Virus record (IMG/VR): IMGVR_UViG_3300027734_000065
Coordinates: 1-63,884 of that record
Length of the DNA: 63,884 nucleotides
Direction: 5' to 3' (one strand)
Source: a virus
Taxonomy: Duplodnaviria > Caudoviricetes
Shown one piece after another: positions 29,901-36,693 of the stretch. The notes under the pieces were generated by a model that was not told where the DNA came from, did not search any database, and worked only from the letters and a program-made list of their open reading frames with translations. Position 1 is the first letter of the stretch. The number at the start of each line of letters is the position of its first letter. The position numbers and the translations under genes were made by a program.

Positions 29901-30151
29901 TGGAGAAGGCCGGGAACTACGAGGAGATGGGCGAGTACATGCAGGACAACATGCGAATCCTTGCGGCCAAGGACTACATCTCTGCGATTGACAAGGAGAT
30001 GAAGTCATTCCAGGAGATGGGCAACATGATCCGCAGTAGCAAGATGAGCGGGGACGAGAAGCGGGATGCCCTGCTGGCCGTCACCCAGGCCCGGAACAAG
30101 CTAACCGGGAACATTCAGGAAATCAAGAAGATGATAGCTTCAGGTGATTGA
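20963..30151 (+). CDS. Large polyvalent protein (3062 aa): HExxH metallopeptidase, four enzyme-like cassettes (including ART-like), C-terminal LPD38-like domain
   Basis: MRHEALHAL; GPKVGPF...VTVDVWM; FRAVHDAFGH; MFHGT...GVYTT...GYDSII...QVKSATGN.G; LPIPFEVG..FK.IPER. Confidence 0.8.
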   Translation: MAVNIQLVDGRVIQFPDGTDPKVIEETARKATQNPLFGVSTQELKEAPSAPSKLKDVGIAALTGLAGGAQSLTDLFGAGNIASRGLSSVQQSAQEGLSEARKAEIARDEELKKRAEGSFLDEAGAGFRSFANAPLQEGIQALFSSAPIIAAGALTGGAGAVPLTAARAGLAARAAQAGRVATSGTGVGAAMGLGGQKGQDYETVKRELMNRGMPEPEAEAKAQEAAAYSLQNLPRQAVAAGAGALEGRYGVEGALSNFMKQRAATAAAGKAFTPELPPGYGKAAVSSIFGEVIPEGIQAATGQVGTNIALTQAGIPTDALQGVTSAVAHDAAVAALLGTAVTPFQKANMVREFNQTMVERQQKAFEEEAKRREEFERKRQEEIAKTRQELGIQEKPPLLLESDLYKDEKTGELKSKTKLDVAPPVTDPLINPLGNLTKDELGQAVGVSDVYKFVDNYRRKNNLPKLETYSIEDLKDAQPGLAEVGEKGSLESILTFKTGYEANTPIAAENVLNTALQKNVETGTKGWNDFLARTTGNNSLDTMSGPELLAVSQALNRLPDPKPESAPIILPEGTNAKLFKQSQYDQAISAVDTALSGQGLSLTPGPMTEQATLDVIKQATGLTLDKHAKAILDTAVKQGDFDLEMTPKYEVTDPATGVRVGDLYETRTEAQAAAKPKGLNVNEITESAVVAPKTATTLPDEFDIQEGEFKAGEAPESFDIMAGNTVLANTASYEDAAGRIEGFTKIRQRMADQALAKVTKLQEEIANSQSDLEQMEAKGQANTQEYINARGAHAKLLKEQEVKTNEAFDEADKYNPETNPISIKPRKLAPVRRRGLTVLQKGIPSATFPTRTAAEEHIIANMSDQQLKKLTKTKGRRTLAKRALAELQAREDKKAGVTKGFAVKRSEIEAEPEVSQEVKDKIAELEKFLLPALRKLGLNDVALKIEQSIAGGRAGGSYYESLIKIAMDEENPLLTMRHEALHALKALGFFTPQQWATLERKARTEWVNKYLRQRNVNGGPIQPNENSRYYAYELMNIIEPTVFNEQNPDQPQRTVMSQADFMDLIIEEAIADAFADFTVNKPPPGMIAALMQRLNKFFEALRNAMAGAGFQTVDDIFGKVEAGELKALGQGPAGAKTKLSVTAEKVEEVDPKNVGNIVTNSAYKDAGINVLGSQIEKTSKPLEVDDVGKLFDDAYMAEFGKAGDWRNPVDFKRAVVQAVDELKVQMQQAKSGLDWYDEDVAEAFKLTQRYIPSLKNPEKRALFSVIAGIMSPSTNARDNWVIAAQAYQHYEKTGTLPGTNPATGGLWMGGLESANKKKQLDMLNAMLQPKSKGGLGEKGAVEWLQGVHTVAEITSFRSKYGGMGKSSTGGKATDILPGFTAFGPKVGPFVMNINGIHEVTVDVWMTRTFNRYFGQMMGPDGKMVRAPTEPQRVAIKNLAVLAAQQLGIKPYQVQSMLWFMEQQIFNKLGTGAKSYGFSDGATKFSETQGGVGVSKVPPANIGANATANKPTRKQAVGSGVQAGKLSVRSTGQEVTDENIRSAKPAIRPGDQGGRRVTEDQSGRGNRGGRDSGRGTTPLAGAPTVQGATGPDPEIVSVAEAYAAKNNIPYSPQESYVEVDEDRARRLAQAYEDMPHAPKDPAVQAAYKDLAEQTRAQYDALIDAGYKFTFFDSETDPYDGNPWNAMRDLRQNKQMAVYGTYDGFGTEGLTDTAVEDNPMLEDTGLRWEDQNGVDQIVTANDLFRAVHDAFGHGLEGAGFRARGEENAWQAHARLFTGPALAAITSETRGQNSWLNYGPYAEKNQNAKVQDTVFAEQKTGLMPDWTWTEGLPKLSVRGKQGVVLGTLQPGAASFKGAHYGNAKVDTLNGDKYGTGIRGAERRRLDETGDDRIRRRVYFYVAKEDGTMPTPEAGLGQYVYTQQFDNILPPGAEMSKLYSQANANSNQFESAVVDAGYDGYAIPNMGMMVVLNHNAPVEYRGTRVEMAERGEKLSIRPPPLVGRIAPNTPEFKRFFDGSKAINDDGSPRLMFHGTVETPGEEGNLFSAFNLSDDGKLGSGVYTTSVPVYAETFGFSQPALMPLYLSAKNPYYIELGDFPTRMKGDNLALTDDAFNALETQMKEAATKLSGKRLMDLEGGQVRKMFEKAGYDSIIARDSYGNIIEALAFKPEQVKSATGNVGTYDPTNPDIRLSVRNIIGDQKVIDAYLSKTTAREEKGHAARMLDAITPPTYTSLRQMFLNQYDSLARLDNRYAKAKGIVRLMADSSAEAAALMSDMAAGVAARVIGMGGSPGGAPVYRNGATYIDNKNGTIKGPAEIFAPLAKRNDPEIYQAYQYWAGVQRGSRYMQNPNGTYEEKLFNDPKDIAYANHLLTKFPEFKQVQADWNLYNDGLVDYMVSTGVISKEGGEKFKKYGDYIPFYRQLEGEETIGPKVFQNISGVKPPKKAKGSEAPLADFLETVVRNTQAAIQAGMKNAAAIRTMDMLLDPQIDQATKINKPQGINTVSLLRGGKIEHYHVNDPLLVDSLKSLNLAKLPGLGFLSGPANLLRTLVTKDPGFMLVNLMRDSMSAWVTSGQDFKPGIDTIRYFGKALAGNSPEVEAILNFGMGGYDFSKNVEKSGRDLAATLKKKTQGKRTFGQKVLNVAPSLWEALEKGTTASDMATRAAIYKSVMKETGNETEALMRALEVMNFNRRGNSVVVRIATAAIPFFNARMQGLDVLYRAGIRPYKRQLVNLASDVLKLGLEKQETTDYEKQIAKTFAIRGLAMMAVSSLYWAMTHDDDEYLTQEQELKDNNFLLPSLGLRLPIPFEVGVMFKVIPERLLELSFGKDTGKDFSEAMVRNIKSSLFMDLMPQTIKPIYEVTTNYNFYTRRPIVGQGAEGMAAEYEVGPGTSSFAEGLGKTLGYSPLKLDHLIKAYTGTIGTYGVFLIDSVIDANSNVPKASLRFEQLPFFRRFTLDKDARGKQTAYYDLKNSVDEVVRTVNHLEKAGNYEEMGEYMQDNMRILAAKDYISAIDKEMKSFQEMGNMIRSSKMSGDEKRDALLAVTQARNKLTGNIQEIKKMIASGD

Positions 30152-30419
30152 ACTCAAATAACCACCCAATTGTTTTTCGGTGAGCTTCATCCCAGGCGTT
30201 TAAACGCATCTCCTTGGACATCGACTTGCCCTGGTCAATTTCCATGTGGCAGTGGTAGCAGAGCGCCGCAATGCGGTAATCATGGGCCTTCAGCCCCCTG
30301 CCCTTGCCGTCCCGTAGCTGATTGGAGTGAGCGGCCACTATCGTGCCGTTCTTGACTCCGCATAGCTGACAGGGCGACTCCCGGACGATCTCAAGGAGTT
30401 TTTGGTTACGGTACATCAT
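30123..30419 (-). CDS. Zn-binding HNH-like nuclease (DUF1364/DUF968-like)
   Basis: PCQLCG...AAHSN...GKGRGLKAHD...LCYHCH. Confidence 0.7.
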   Translation of the reverse strand: MMYRNQKLLEIVRESPCQLCGVKNGTIVAAHSNQLRDGKGRGLKAHDYRIAALCYHCHMEIDQGKSMSKEMRLNAWDEAHRKTIGWLFEFNHLKLSSS

Positions 30420-30595
30420 GGGTTTTTCTTTGGCCGTCCACGCCGCCTGTGTTTATCCCTTGGGGCGCTGGTAGGTTGCTCAAGGGTGTTGAAGCGGTGT
30501 TCGTTGAAGCATTCTCGCATTCTGTTTACACGGGCATCCACCCTGCGTTCACTTCGTACAACCACTGTCTCGGCTCCACACTGGGGACATTTCAT
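30416..30595 (-). CDS. Small zinc-ribbon protein, 59 aa (NrdR N-terminal-like)
   Basis: MKCPQCGAET...RMRECFNEHRFNTLE; ATGA overlaps. Confidence 0.65.
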   Translation of the reverse strand: MKCPQCGAETVVVRSERRVDARVNRMRECFNEHRFNTLEQPTSAPRDKHRRRGRPKKNP

Positions 30596-30768
30596 TTCCC
30601 CTCCTTGGCTTGTTGCATGTGACGCAGGGCGTTGAACAGCAACTTGGACTCGGCCATGGCGTTTAAAGCCTCGGCAATTGCACCGTCAAGGTCATTGTCC
30701 AGAACCTTGTCATGTGCATTCTTCAGGGCCTTCTCGGCCATCATGCATGGGTACGCATAGTCAATCAT
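30592..30768 (-). CDS. Hypothetical protein, 58 aa
   Basis: MIDYAYPCMMAEKALK...; coupled to the downstream gene. Confidence 0.6.
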   Translation of the reverse strand: MIDYAYPCMMAEKALKNAHDKVLDNDLDGAIAEALNAMAESKLLFNALRHMQQAKEGK

Positions 30769-31084
30769 TTAAACACATCCCTCTTAGCTACTGGTTTGTT
30801 GGAAGCCACAATTGGAAAGCTGGGGTGGATCTTTTGTTCATAAAAGCCCCAGGATTTTTCTTGATCCCACTGCGTCCATGAATAATGTATCTCACCCTTC
30901 TTGCGATAACGCCACAACATCCTTACAGGCTTCAATTACAAGACCCCTCGCATCTCCCATCCCAGGAGGAAATAATTCCACCGCATGGTCATGTTGGAGT
31001 TGGTGAAAACTTTGCCATCCCAAGCTAGATCTGCTTCGGTATAGCCTTTGCCCGTCATTAGGGCGATAAATACTTGTCGTGCTT

Positions 31085-31309
31085 TCATTTGCGCCCCTGT
31101 GCCAAAATTGTGCAGATTGCGTAGTCTCCGGTATTTTCAGCTGAATACAAAGCACAGGCGGCAACCATCGGGTCAGCGCCGTTGCTCACAGCCTTGTCCC
31201 ACTTGTCCCGCTTGCCATGAGCGTTAATGGTGATGCAAACAGCCAAAGTTACCAAGAACGCCAACACCATGCCCCAAATACCAAGCCAAAATTTCTGATC
31301 ACTGCCCAT
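31085..31309 (-). CDS. Small membrane protein
   Basis: N-terminal TM segment; GADPMVAACA. Confidence 0.6.
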   Translation of the reverse strand: MGSDQKFWLGIWGMVLAFLVTLAVCITINAHGKRDKWDKAVSNGADPMVAACALYSAENTGDYAICTILAQGRK

Positions 31310-31550
31310 TGTTTTTCTCCTTGAGTGCTTCGTTAATGTGCGTGTAAAAAACCCAGTCTCGTGAATAGCCCGACTTGATGGCTTCTTCTTGTACGCCTTC
31401 GCCCAGCAACTTAACTTGAGTCAGCGTCAGCCCAACCCACTCACCCTTTGGATACAAAGGCCACACCTGACCAAGCGGTGTAAACAAAGGACAGTCTTTA
31501 TCTGTACTTGCTATGTCTTTGCTTGGGTCGTACCATGCTATTGGTTTCAT
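31299..31550 (-). CDS. Hypothetical protein (WVGLT motif family)
   Basis: KPIAW...PLY...WVGLT...LKEKN. Confidence 0.65.
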   Translation of the reverse strand: MKPIAWYDPSKDIASTDKDCPLFTPLGQVWPLYPKGEWVGLTLTQVKLLGEGVQEEAIKSGYSRDWVFYTHINEALKEKNNGQ

Positions 31551-31927
31551 GTGTTCTTCCCCTTCAAGGCTTGTTCAACATCTTCAATCAACTGTCTTGC
31601 TTCTGGTTCAGCCAGCGTTTCACATGGGTCTGCACTTACCAAACAGTCATTCTTCTCCTCATCCGTCAGCCCTACCCATGTGCGCTGTGGTGAGTGGGTG
31701 TAGAGAGGGATTGGAAAGCATTTATGGTCATTGTTGTCACTGACATTGCCATCAGCATCCATCCACGCTAAAGGCTCTTGGCTTTCCAGCTCTTTGATGG
31801 CTTTCTTGCCTGCTTGGATTGCTTCTTGCCGCTTTTCCTCAACTTTTTTCGGCCTGTTCATTGCGGGCCATTCAACTATGTGATCATTTTCCAACGCCTC
31901 TACCATCTGTTTCAACACTTCAATCAT
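31547..31927 (-). CDS. Hypothetical protein (WVGLT motif family)
   Basis: MIEVLKQM...QEPLAW...PLYT.PQRTWVGLTDEE. Confidence 0.65.
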   Translation of the reverse strand: MIEVLKQMVEALENDHIVEWPAMNRPKKVEEKRQEAIQAGKKAIKELESQEPLAWMDADGNVSDNNDHKCFPIPLYTHSPQRTWVGLTDEEKNDCLVSADPCETLAEPEARQLIEDVEQALKGKNT

Positions 31928-32154
31928 GCTTGTCCCCTTGCTCTGATAGCGGCGGCGCATTGGTCACGCACATCAATTTCCTGTTGCATTGGTAGGCTCT
32001 CGCACAGCTTTGCACACGCCTCACGCTCTTTAAAAGCACCATTTGCCCATGCAATCTCACACATACGCATGGTGTGTTCTTCGCAATCATGGTGCGTATA
32101 TGGGGCTTGACTGCCTTCGTTGTGCCACCATGCTTTGAATGCTTCTTGTGTCAT
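31924..32154 (-). CDS. Hypothetical protein (EREACA family, copy 3)
   Basis: EREACAKLCE...AAAIRARGQA. Confidence 0.65.
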   Translation of the reverse strand: MTQEAFKAWWHNEGSQAPYTHHDCEEHTMRMCEIAWANGAFKEREACAKLCESLPMQQEIDVRDQCAAAIRARGQA

Positions 32155-32399
32155 GCTTGTTCTCCTCTTGATCTGATGGCAGTGGCGCAATCCATGCAGG
32201 TTACATCCCACATAGATACGTCTGTGATGCTGTATATGTCGGGTGCTGGCAAACCCTCTACCAAATTTGCACACGCCTCACGCTCAGCCTTCACGGCAGC
32301 ATTCCACGCTATTTCTGCAAACAATTGACCAATTGGTTTAAACAAAATTCGAGCAGCAAAGCTCCATCCAATGCCATCCCACCATTGTTTAAATGTCAT
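32151..32399 (-). CDS. Hypothetical protein (EREACA family, copy 2)
   Basis: EREACANLVE...ATAIRSRGEQA. Confidence 0.65.
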   Translation of the reverse strand: MTFKQWWDGIGWSFAARILFKPIGQLFAEIAWNAAVKAEREACANLVEGLPAPDIYSITDVSMWDVTCMDCATAIRSRGEQA

Positions 32400-32605
32400 G
32401 CTTGTCCCCTTGCTCTGATGGCGGTAGATGCGTAAGTCACATAGCTGGTCTTTTCATCAGGCTCAAAACGCTCTGCCACCTTTGCACACGCCTCACGCTC
32501 AGCCAGGACTGCTTCTTCAATCTGGGCTTTGTACTCGGCCTCGACCGCTTTGCTCCATTCCTTTGCCATGTCATCTTGGAATTCTTTTCGTGTCAAGATT
32601 CTCAT
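32396..32605 (-). CDS. Hypothetical protein (EREACA family, copy 1)
   Basis: EREACAKVAE...STAIRARGQA. Confidence 0.65.
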   Translation of the reverse strand: MRILTRKEFQDDMAKEWSKAVEAEYKAQIEEAVLAEREACAKVAERFEPDEKTSYVTYASTAIRARGQA

Positions 32606-32964
32606 GCTTTTTCCTTCAATTGCCATGCCATTGATTCGCATTCGTTTACACAGAAGTCCAGGGAGCGAATCTCACCCTTATCGGCTGAGAAGGCAGACAT
32701 GATGGCCTTGAGTTCCTCCCTCATCAACTCAGGGTCACGGGCATCACCAAAATGGGCGCAGTCATACCCAAACCACCACAGGTCATCTCTCATGCCAGCG
32801 TAGGTCAACCCACCATGCACATCAAGGGCAGCCTCATCGTAAGTCTTGCCATGCCATGGATGATCATTCGGCACAGAGACATACCCACAGCGGTGTCCCA
32901 TGTCAGTGGCAATCACTGTTGCCTTGAGTCCTGCTTTTGTTGTCCATTCTTTTTCTATTTTCAT
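32602..32964 (-). CDS. Conserved phage protein (metal-binding motifs)
   Basis: HRCGYV...VHGGLTY...WWFGYDCAH. Confidence 0.7.
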   Translation of the reverse strand: MKIEKEWTTKAGLKATVIATDMGHRCGYVSVPNDHPWHGKTYDEAALDVHGGLTYAGMRDDLWWFGYDCAHFGDARDPELMREELKAIMSAFSADKGEIRSLDFCVNECESMAWQLKEKA

Positions 32965-33230
32965 GCTTCCCTCGCTTTCATCATTGCATCTGCAATTTCG
33001 TAGGCTGTCTTTGCAAGCTGTTCGTAAGATGAACCAACGCTTGTTCTTAACATAGCCTTTGCCGCAAAGTAATCCCGCAGGGTCATGCCTGTCATGTCAG
33101 TCCTGTGCGGGTTGGGAAATGCTTGTTCTATCTTTTCCATGATCTGTCTTTTCCTTGATCCTGATGTGTGCTGCCAATGACCTTGCCGCATGGCAAGTTC
33201 CTCGAATGCTTCGTCCTCCGGGTCAGTCAT
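32961..33230 (-). CDS. Hypothetical phage protein (GMTLRDYFAAKAM motif)
   Basis: Common phage motif; ATGA coupling. Confidence 0.7.
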   Translation of the reverse strand: MTDPEDEAFEELAMRQGHWQHTSGSRKRQIMEKIEQAFPNPHRTDMTGMTLRDYFAAKAMLRTSVGSSYEQLAKTAYEIADAMMKAREA

Positions 33231-33417
33231 TCCATTTCTCCTTTAAAAACCTATCCACTTTTTCTTGCTCAAACTTTGCATAGTGCTGGGCCGCTTCCCA
33301 AAACCCTTGCAATGAGTCTTGGTTCACAAGCCACGCAAGGCGGCGTATCGCAGGGGTCAGCTCAACGCCAGCTTCGGCGGCAAGCCTGTCTAAATTTGTA
33401 TCCAATCGTTTTGTCAT
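33223..33417 (-). CDS. Hypothetical protein
   Basis: GGAG RBS; part of a coupled gene chain. Confidence 0.6.
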   Translation of the reverse strand: MTKRLDTNLDRLAAEAGVELTPAIRRLAWLVNQDSLQGFWEAAQHYAKFEQEKVDRFLKEKWND

Positions 33418-33617
33418 GCTTTCTCCTTTGTGATCTTTGGCTTCCTACGCAAAACATACAGCCAATACTTGAATGACTTGTGCCCCGCTCTCCACGCACC
33501 AATGTTGAGTCGGATGGCATACAGGAACACGCCCCACCTGTACGCCCATGCAAGGTCTTTCTGCATTGAATCCCAGTCGGCATACATCCCATCGTTGTAT
33601 GTGATTCGGTATCTCAT
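33414..33617 (-). CDS. Hypothetical protein
   Basis: ATGA-coupled gene chain. Confidence 0.55.
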   Translation of the reverse strand: MRYRITYNDGMYADWDSMQKDLAWAYRWGVFLYAIRLNIGAWRAGHKSFKYWLYVLRRKPKITKEKA

Positions 33618-33799
33618 AGTTCTTTTTCTAATCGTTGCAGAACCTCTTGTTTTGTAAGTCGGTATTCCCAGTTACACCCATTGGCTTCTTGGCGCAAGCA
33701 AGACCACCAAAATGTGTTGGGGGTAGCAGGGTTTGGGCTACGTCCTTCGTAAGACAGCTTGTATTTGCCATCCCCCAAAGGTTCAATCCGCATATTCAT
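33614..33799 (-). CDS. Hypothetical protein
   Basis: ATGA overlap with the aaRS-like gene. Confidence 0.55.
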   Translation of the reverse strand: MNMRIEPLGDGKYKLSYEGRSPNPATPNTFWWSCLRQEANGCNWEYRLTKQEVLQRLEKEL

Positions 33800-34464
33800 G
33801 CCTTCTCCTGCATTTGTAACGCTACCAATCTGTCAATGCCAATAGCGACCTCAAACACTGCGCCATGCACCCAATCTTTGCGGACAGAACAACCCGCAAC
33901 CTCAAGGCCACCAATGTGCCAGTCCAATGTCTTCTCGCTATAGTGCGGCAACTCATCGGCGGGTTCGTATGTTCCGCCGTAAGTTTTCACCAGAGCCTCC
34001 AGTGCAGTTTCAAGATACGGCGCTTTACTTCCGTGGCTTGCAAACAACTGAAACTCCATTTGATAGAACTGCACTAACCGCAACTTGCTGGCCCGCATTG
34101 TGTCGGGATTCTCCTCATCCCTAAAACTCAACCCCACCTGCCACAAGCACATAGGTAAACGCTTCTTCATTTGCGCCTCTTGGTCATACCGCAAACGCAT
34201 GGCCTCAAAGGTTCCTGCTGTAGTTTCAGGCCGCAGGTAGCCTCGGCGACCAGCGTTAATCAAATCAAACTTAGCTTCAATGTGCCCTGCTAGGTATTCG
34301 GCAGGGGTTAACACAGGGGTTTCCACACGCTCCATTTGAACCGCAGGGTTCAAGCCACGCCACACATCGAGCAGCATTGCAGGGATTTCACGCACCAATG
34401 ATTCACGGCGCAGAATTTCTCGTTCGTTCCACATTACCGTGGCGTTTGTAAAACAATTTTTCAT
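33796..34464 (-). CDS. Stand-alone class II aminoacyl-tRNA synthetase catalytic domain, alpha2-type GlyRS-like
   Basis: ETPVLTP (motif 1), YLRPETTAG, QVGLSFRDE...R..QFYQMEFQLF (motif 2), LPHYS, LEVAG, EVAIGIDRL (motif 3). Confidence 0.82.
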   Translation of the reverse strand: MKNCFTNATVMWNEREILRRESLVREIPAMLLDVWRGLNPAVQMERVETPVLTPAEYLAGHIEAKFDLINAGRRGYLRPETTAGTFEAMRLRYDQEAQMKKRLPMCLWQVGLSFRDEENPDTMRASKLRLVQFYQMEFQLFASHGSKAPYLETALEALVKTYGGTYEPADELPHYSEKTLDWHIGGLEVAGCSVRKDWVHGAVFEVAIGIDRLVALQMQEKA

Positions 34465-34727
34465 GTTCTCTCCTTCAAATAAAACTCCATTGCAATGCGG
34501 TATGGGTCGAGCAGGGGCAACAGTAATTCTTGAGGGCCATAGTAGTAATAGGTCGGCTTGGTTTCGTCCACTGAAGTAACAACTGTGCCATCAACAATGT
34601 GGTGATACCTTGTCTTATCCTCTCGGATTGCATAGCCCTCTGCCCTTGCCACTGCCAGCTTCAATTCAATGCTCCCAATGGGTATACGGTTCTTGATGGT
34701 GTCTTCTTTGCCAATCAGCGTTTTCAT
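34461..34727 (-). CDS. Hypothetical protein
   Basis: RBS; ATGA overlap with the aaRS-like gene. Confidence 0.6.
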   Translation of the reverse strand: MKTLIGKEDTIKNRIPIGSIELKLAVARAEGYAIREDKTRYHHIVDGTVVTSVDETKPTYYYYGPQELLLPLLDPYRIAMEFYLKERT

Positions 34728-34845
34728 CTGTCCCCCCTTTCGTTTTCATCCATCCAGAACCACAGGTGCATCAGGCCAATGAACACAAGGCCGCAGACAA
34801 TGAACCCAATGCCGCCCAACAAAATCGTTGCAAGAATCGTTTCCA

Positions 34846-35049
34846 TCATTCCTCACCGCATTCGTTTAAAGCCGTGTTGGTCAAGTCCCTGACCAGGGCC
34901 AGCACCATCAAAGGATCGGCATCGTGCTTGAAATAGTTACGCACCGTTAGCTGAATGTCAATCAATGCGCTGACTGCCTTTGACCCGTTTAAAGCATGAC
35001 GCAGTCTGTCTTGATCTTCCGGGTAGGTGAACTCAAGAACTGCTTTCAT
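34846..35049 (-). CDS. Hypothetical phage protein
   Basis: MKAVLEF.YPED motif; GAGG RBS. Confidence 0.65.
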   Translation of the reverse strand: MKAVLEFTYPEDQDRLRHALNGSKAVSALIDIQLTVRNYFKHDADPLMVLALVRDLTNTALNECGEE

Positions 35050-35196
35050 TTTTATTCCTCACAATTGGTGTCCAGCCAAACCTTGCCCACGTTGCACGGA
35101 CATCAGTGCCAGCAGAGGGTGTGTATTTAAACGCAGGGTCAAGGATGCTCTTTGGCCTGTACGCCGTGGCGGGTGGCACAGCCTTTAGTTTTGTTT

Positions 35197-35412
35197 TCAT
35201 GTTGTCTCCTTTTGGAACCACTCGGTTCGTTTACTGCCAATCCAAAAACCTTGTGCGTTTACACACATGCCCTTGGCTTCCATTTCCTCGTCTGTCATGC
35301 ACCTACGGTCAACACCATATTGCCCGGTGCGGTGCTTCTCAAACGCCCCGCCACTGTTGAAGTACTTATGGCATGCCCCGCACTGGTTTCTATCGCCTCT
35401 AAGCGGTTTCAT
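35197..35412 (-). CDS. Zinc-binding protein (FDxHR-like family)
   Basis: CGACHKYF....AFEKHR...RRC. Confidence 0.65.
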   Translation of the reverse strand: MKPLRGDRNQCGACHKYFNSGGAFEKHRTGQYGVDRRCMTDEEMEAKGMCVNAQGFWIGSKRTEWFQKETT

Positions 35413-35707
35413 GTGGAACCTTCGTCAGCATTTCTTTGATCAGGTCATCCTCAATGATTTCGCCAAACGATCTGCCTGACGGGAACCGCATGTTGGACGC
35501 TTGATTGGCCTTGAGTACATCGATGGCCTTGTTGATGCCATTGTTGTATCCGGTCAGGTACTGCTCACCAGAGGAAACCCGCATGGTCACAGCCTCCCTC
35601 ATCAGTTGCGTCATTGGGGTCTTTGTCTGAGCGGAGTACTTCTTGAGCATGGTGTATTCACCCGGTTCAAGGTACGACAGGAATGGTATTTTTTTAGAAG
35701 GGGTCAT
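35399..35707 (-). CDS. Putative ribbon-helix-helix DNA-binding protein
   Basis: N-terminal strand followed by LKKYS....PMTQLMREAV helix pair. Confidence 0.5.
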   Translation of the reverse strand: MTPSKKIPFLSYLEPGEYTMLKKYSAQTKTPMTQLMREAVTMRVSSGEQYLTGYNNGINKAIDVLKANQASNMRFPSGRSFGEIIEDDLIKEMLTKVPHETA

Positions 35708-36086
35708 GGTCGGCTTTCCAACTTTCAAATTCTTTCAGCAGGTCATCAAACAATTCCTTTGCCACCTCGTTTCCGTACAACTCGGAGCGGGAAACAATCC
35801 CACATCGTTTACACAATTCCGTGGCAGCGGAATCTTCGGTTTCAAACCCTAGGAATTCCTGGAAACTTGTATCCCTGCACAACATCCCAGCCTTCTGGAC
35901 TCTGTTGTTGTACTGGGTGGCAGACTCATCATCTTGAATCCGAACCACGGCACATGCGTACCGTGTCCCGACAAAGTCCCGTAGAAGTTCCTCTGGGATT
36001 TCGTCAGGGTGCAGGGACAAGGTCAGGATGTACCCTGTCCTGTCCTGCTTCAAAGCAACCTTACGGGCCTCAAACTGGAGAGCCAT
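35694..36086 (-). CDS. Hypothetical phage protein
   Basis: 130-aa ORF in operon; AGMLCRD..FQ.FL...CGI.SR.EL. Confidence 0.7.
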   Translation of the reverse strand: MALQFEARKVALKQDRTGYILTLSLHPDEIPEELLRDFVGTRYACAVVRIQDDESATQYNNRVQKAGMLCRDTSFQEFLGFETEDSAATELCKRCGIVSRSELYGNEVAKELFDDLLKEFESWKADHDPF

Positions 36087-36399
36087 GGCTGGTGCTCTTC
36101 ATCCCAAGCTGGTTTTCCAGATAGGAAATCACAGCCTGATAGCCAACAACCTGATGCTTAAGGTTGTCCACCTCCCGGTGGAGCATGATCAGTTCATGCC
36201 GAACAACCGGGACACCTCTGTCCTCAATCTCAACCAACGGCATCGGCTTGTGCTTTGTTTGGTAGTTGAAGTTGTGAATGTCCTGTGGCTTTACGTCAAC
36301 TGCTTCGCAAATTTCTGCGGTGGTTGCATTGGGGTTTGATTTAACAAAGGCCCGGATGCGGCCCTGTGCTGATAGGGGGCGTGGTGTTTTCATGTTCAC
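36070..36399 (-). CDS. Putative HTH / coiled-coil protein
   Basis: IRAFVKSNPNATTAEICEAVDV; GAGGAG RBS. Confidence 0.55.
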   Translation of the reverse strand: MNMKTPRPLSAQGRIRAFVKSNPNATTAEICEAVDVKPQDIHNFNYQTKHKPMPLVEIEDRGVPVVRHELIMLHREVDNLKHQVVGYQAVISYLENQLGMKSTSHGSPV

Positions 36400-36402
36400 T
36401 CC

Positions 36403-36693
36403 TCAAAAGGGTACGTCATCGGCCATGTCATCAAACCCAGATGACTTCGCCGCAGGTTTTGCAGACTCAGCAACCTTGCGCTTGATGCCAATACTCAGGT
36501 AGGTCTTCCCGGCCTTCGACTGTTTCTTCCAGCCGCTGAGTTTGAAGACATGCAATCCATCCACCGTCTGGACATTTGCCATGTCCTTGAGGTTGATTGC
36601 AATTTCCCCGTAGTAGTCAGGGGACAGTTGGGACATCTTTGATTCGGCGGCCATGAGGCGACCAGCATCAGCTTTTTGTTTAAACGGTTCCAT
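36403..36693 (-). CDS. Putative single-stranded DNA-binding protein
   Basis: PDYYG...LSGWKK.SKAGK.YLS; acidic tail DDVPF; follows the SSAP gene. Confidence 0.7.
   Translation of the reverse strand: MEPFKQKADAGRLMAAESKMSQLSPDYYGEIAINLKDMANVQTVDGLHVFKLSGWKKQSKAGKTYLSIGIKRKVAESAKPAAKSSGFDDMADDVPF

Noticed and set aside
33796-34464. Link between the GlyRS-like enzyme and glycine-based DNA hypermodification or the xxGG motifs
   Set aside because: No hydroxymethyl-pyrimidine pathway genes recognised; the GG motifs are genetically encoded and in a different operon, so nothing in the sequence supports the link
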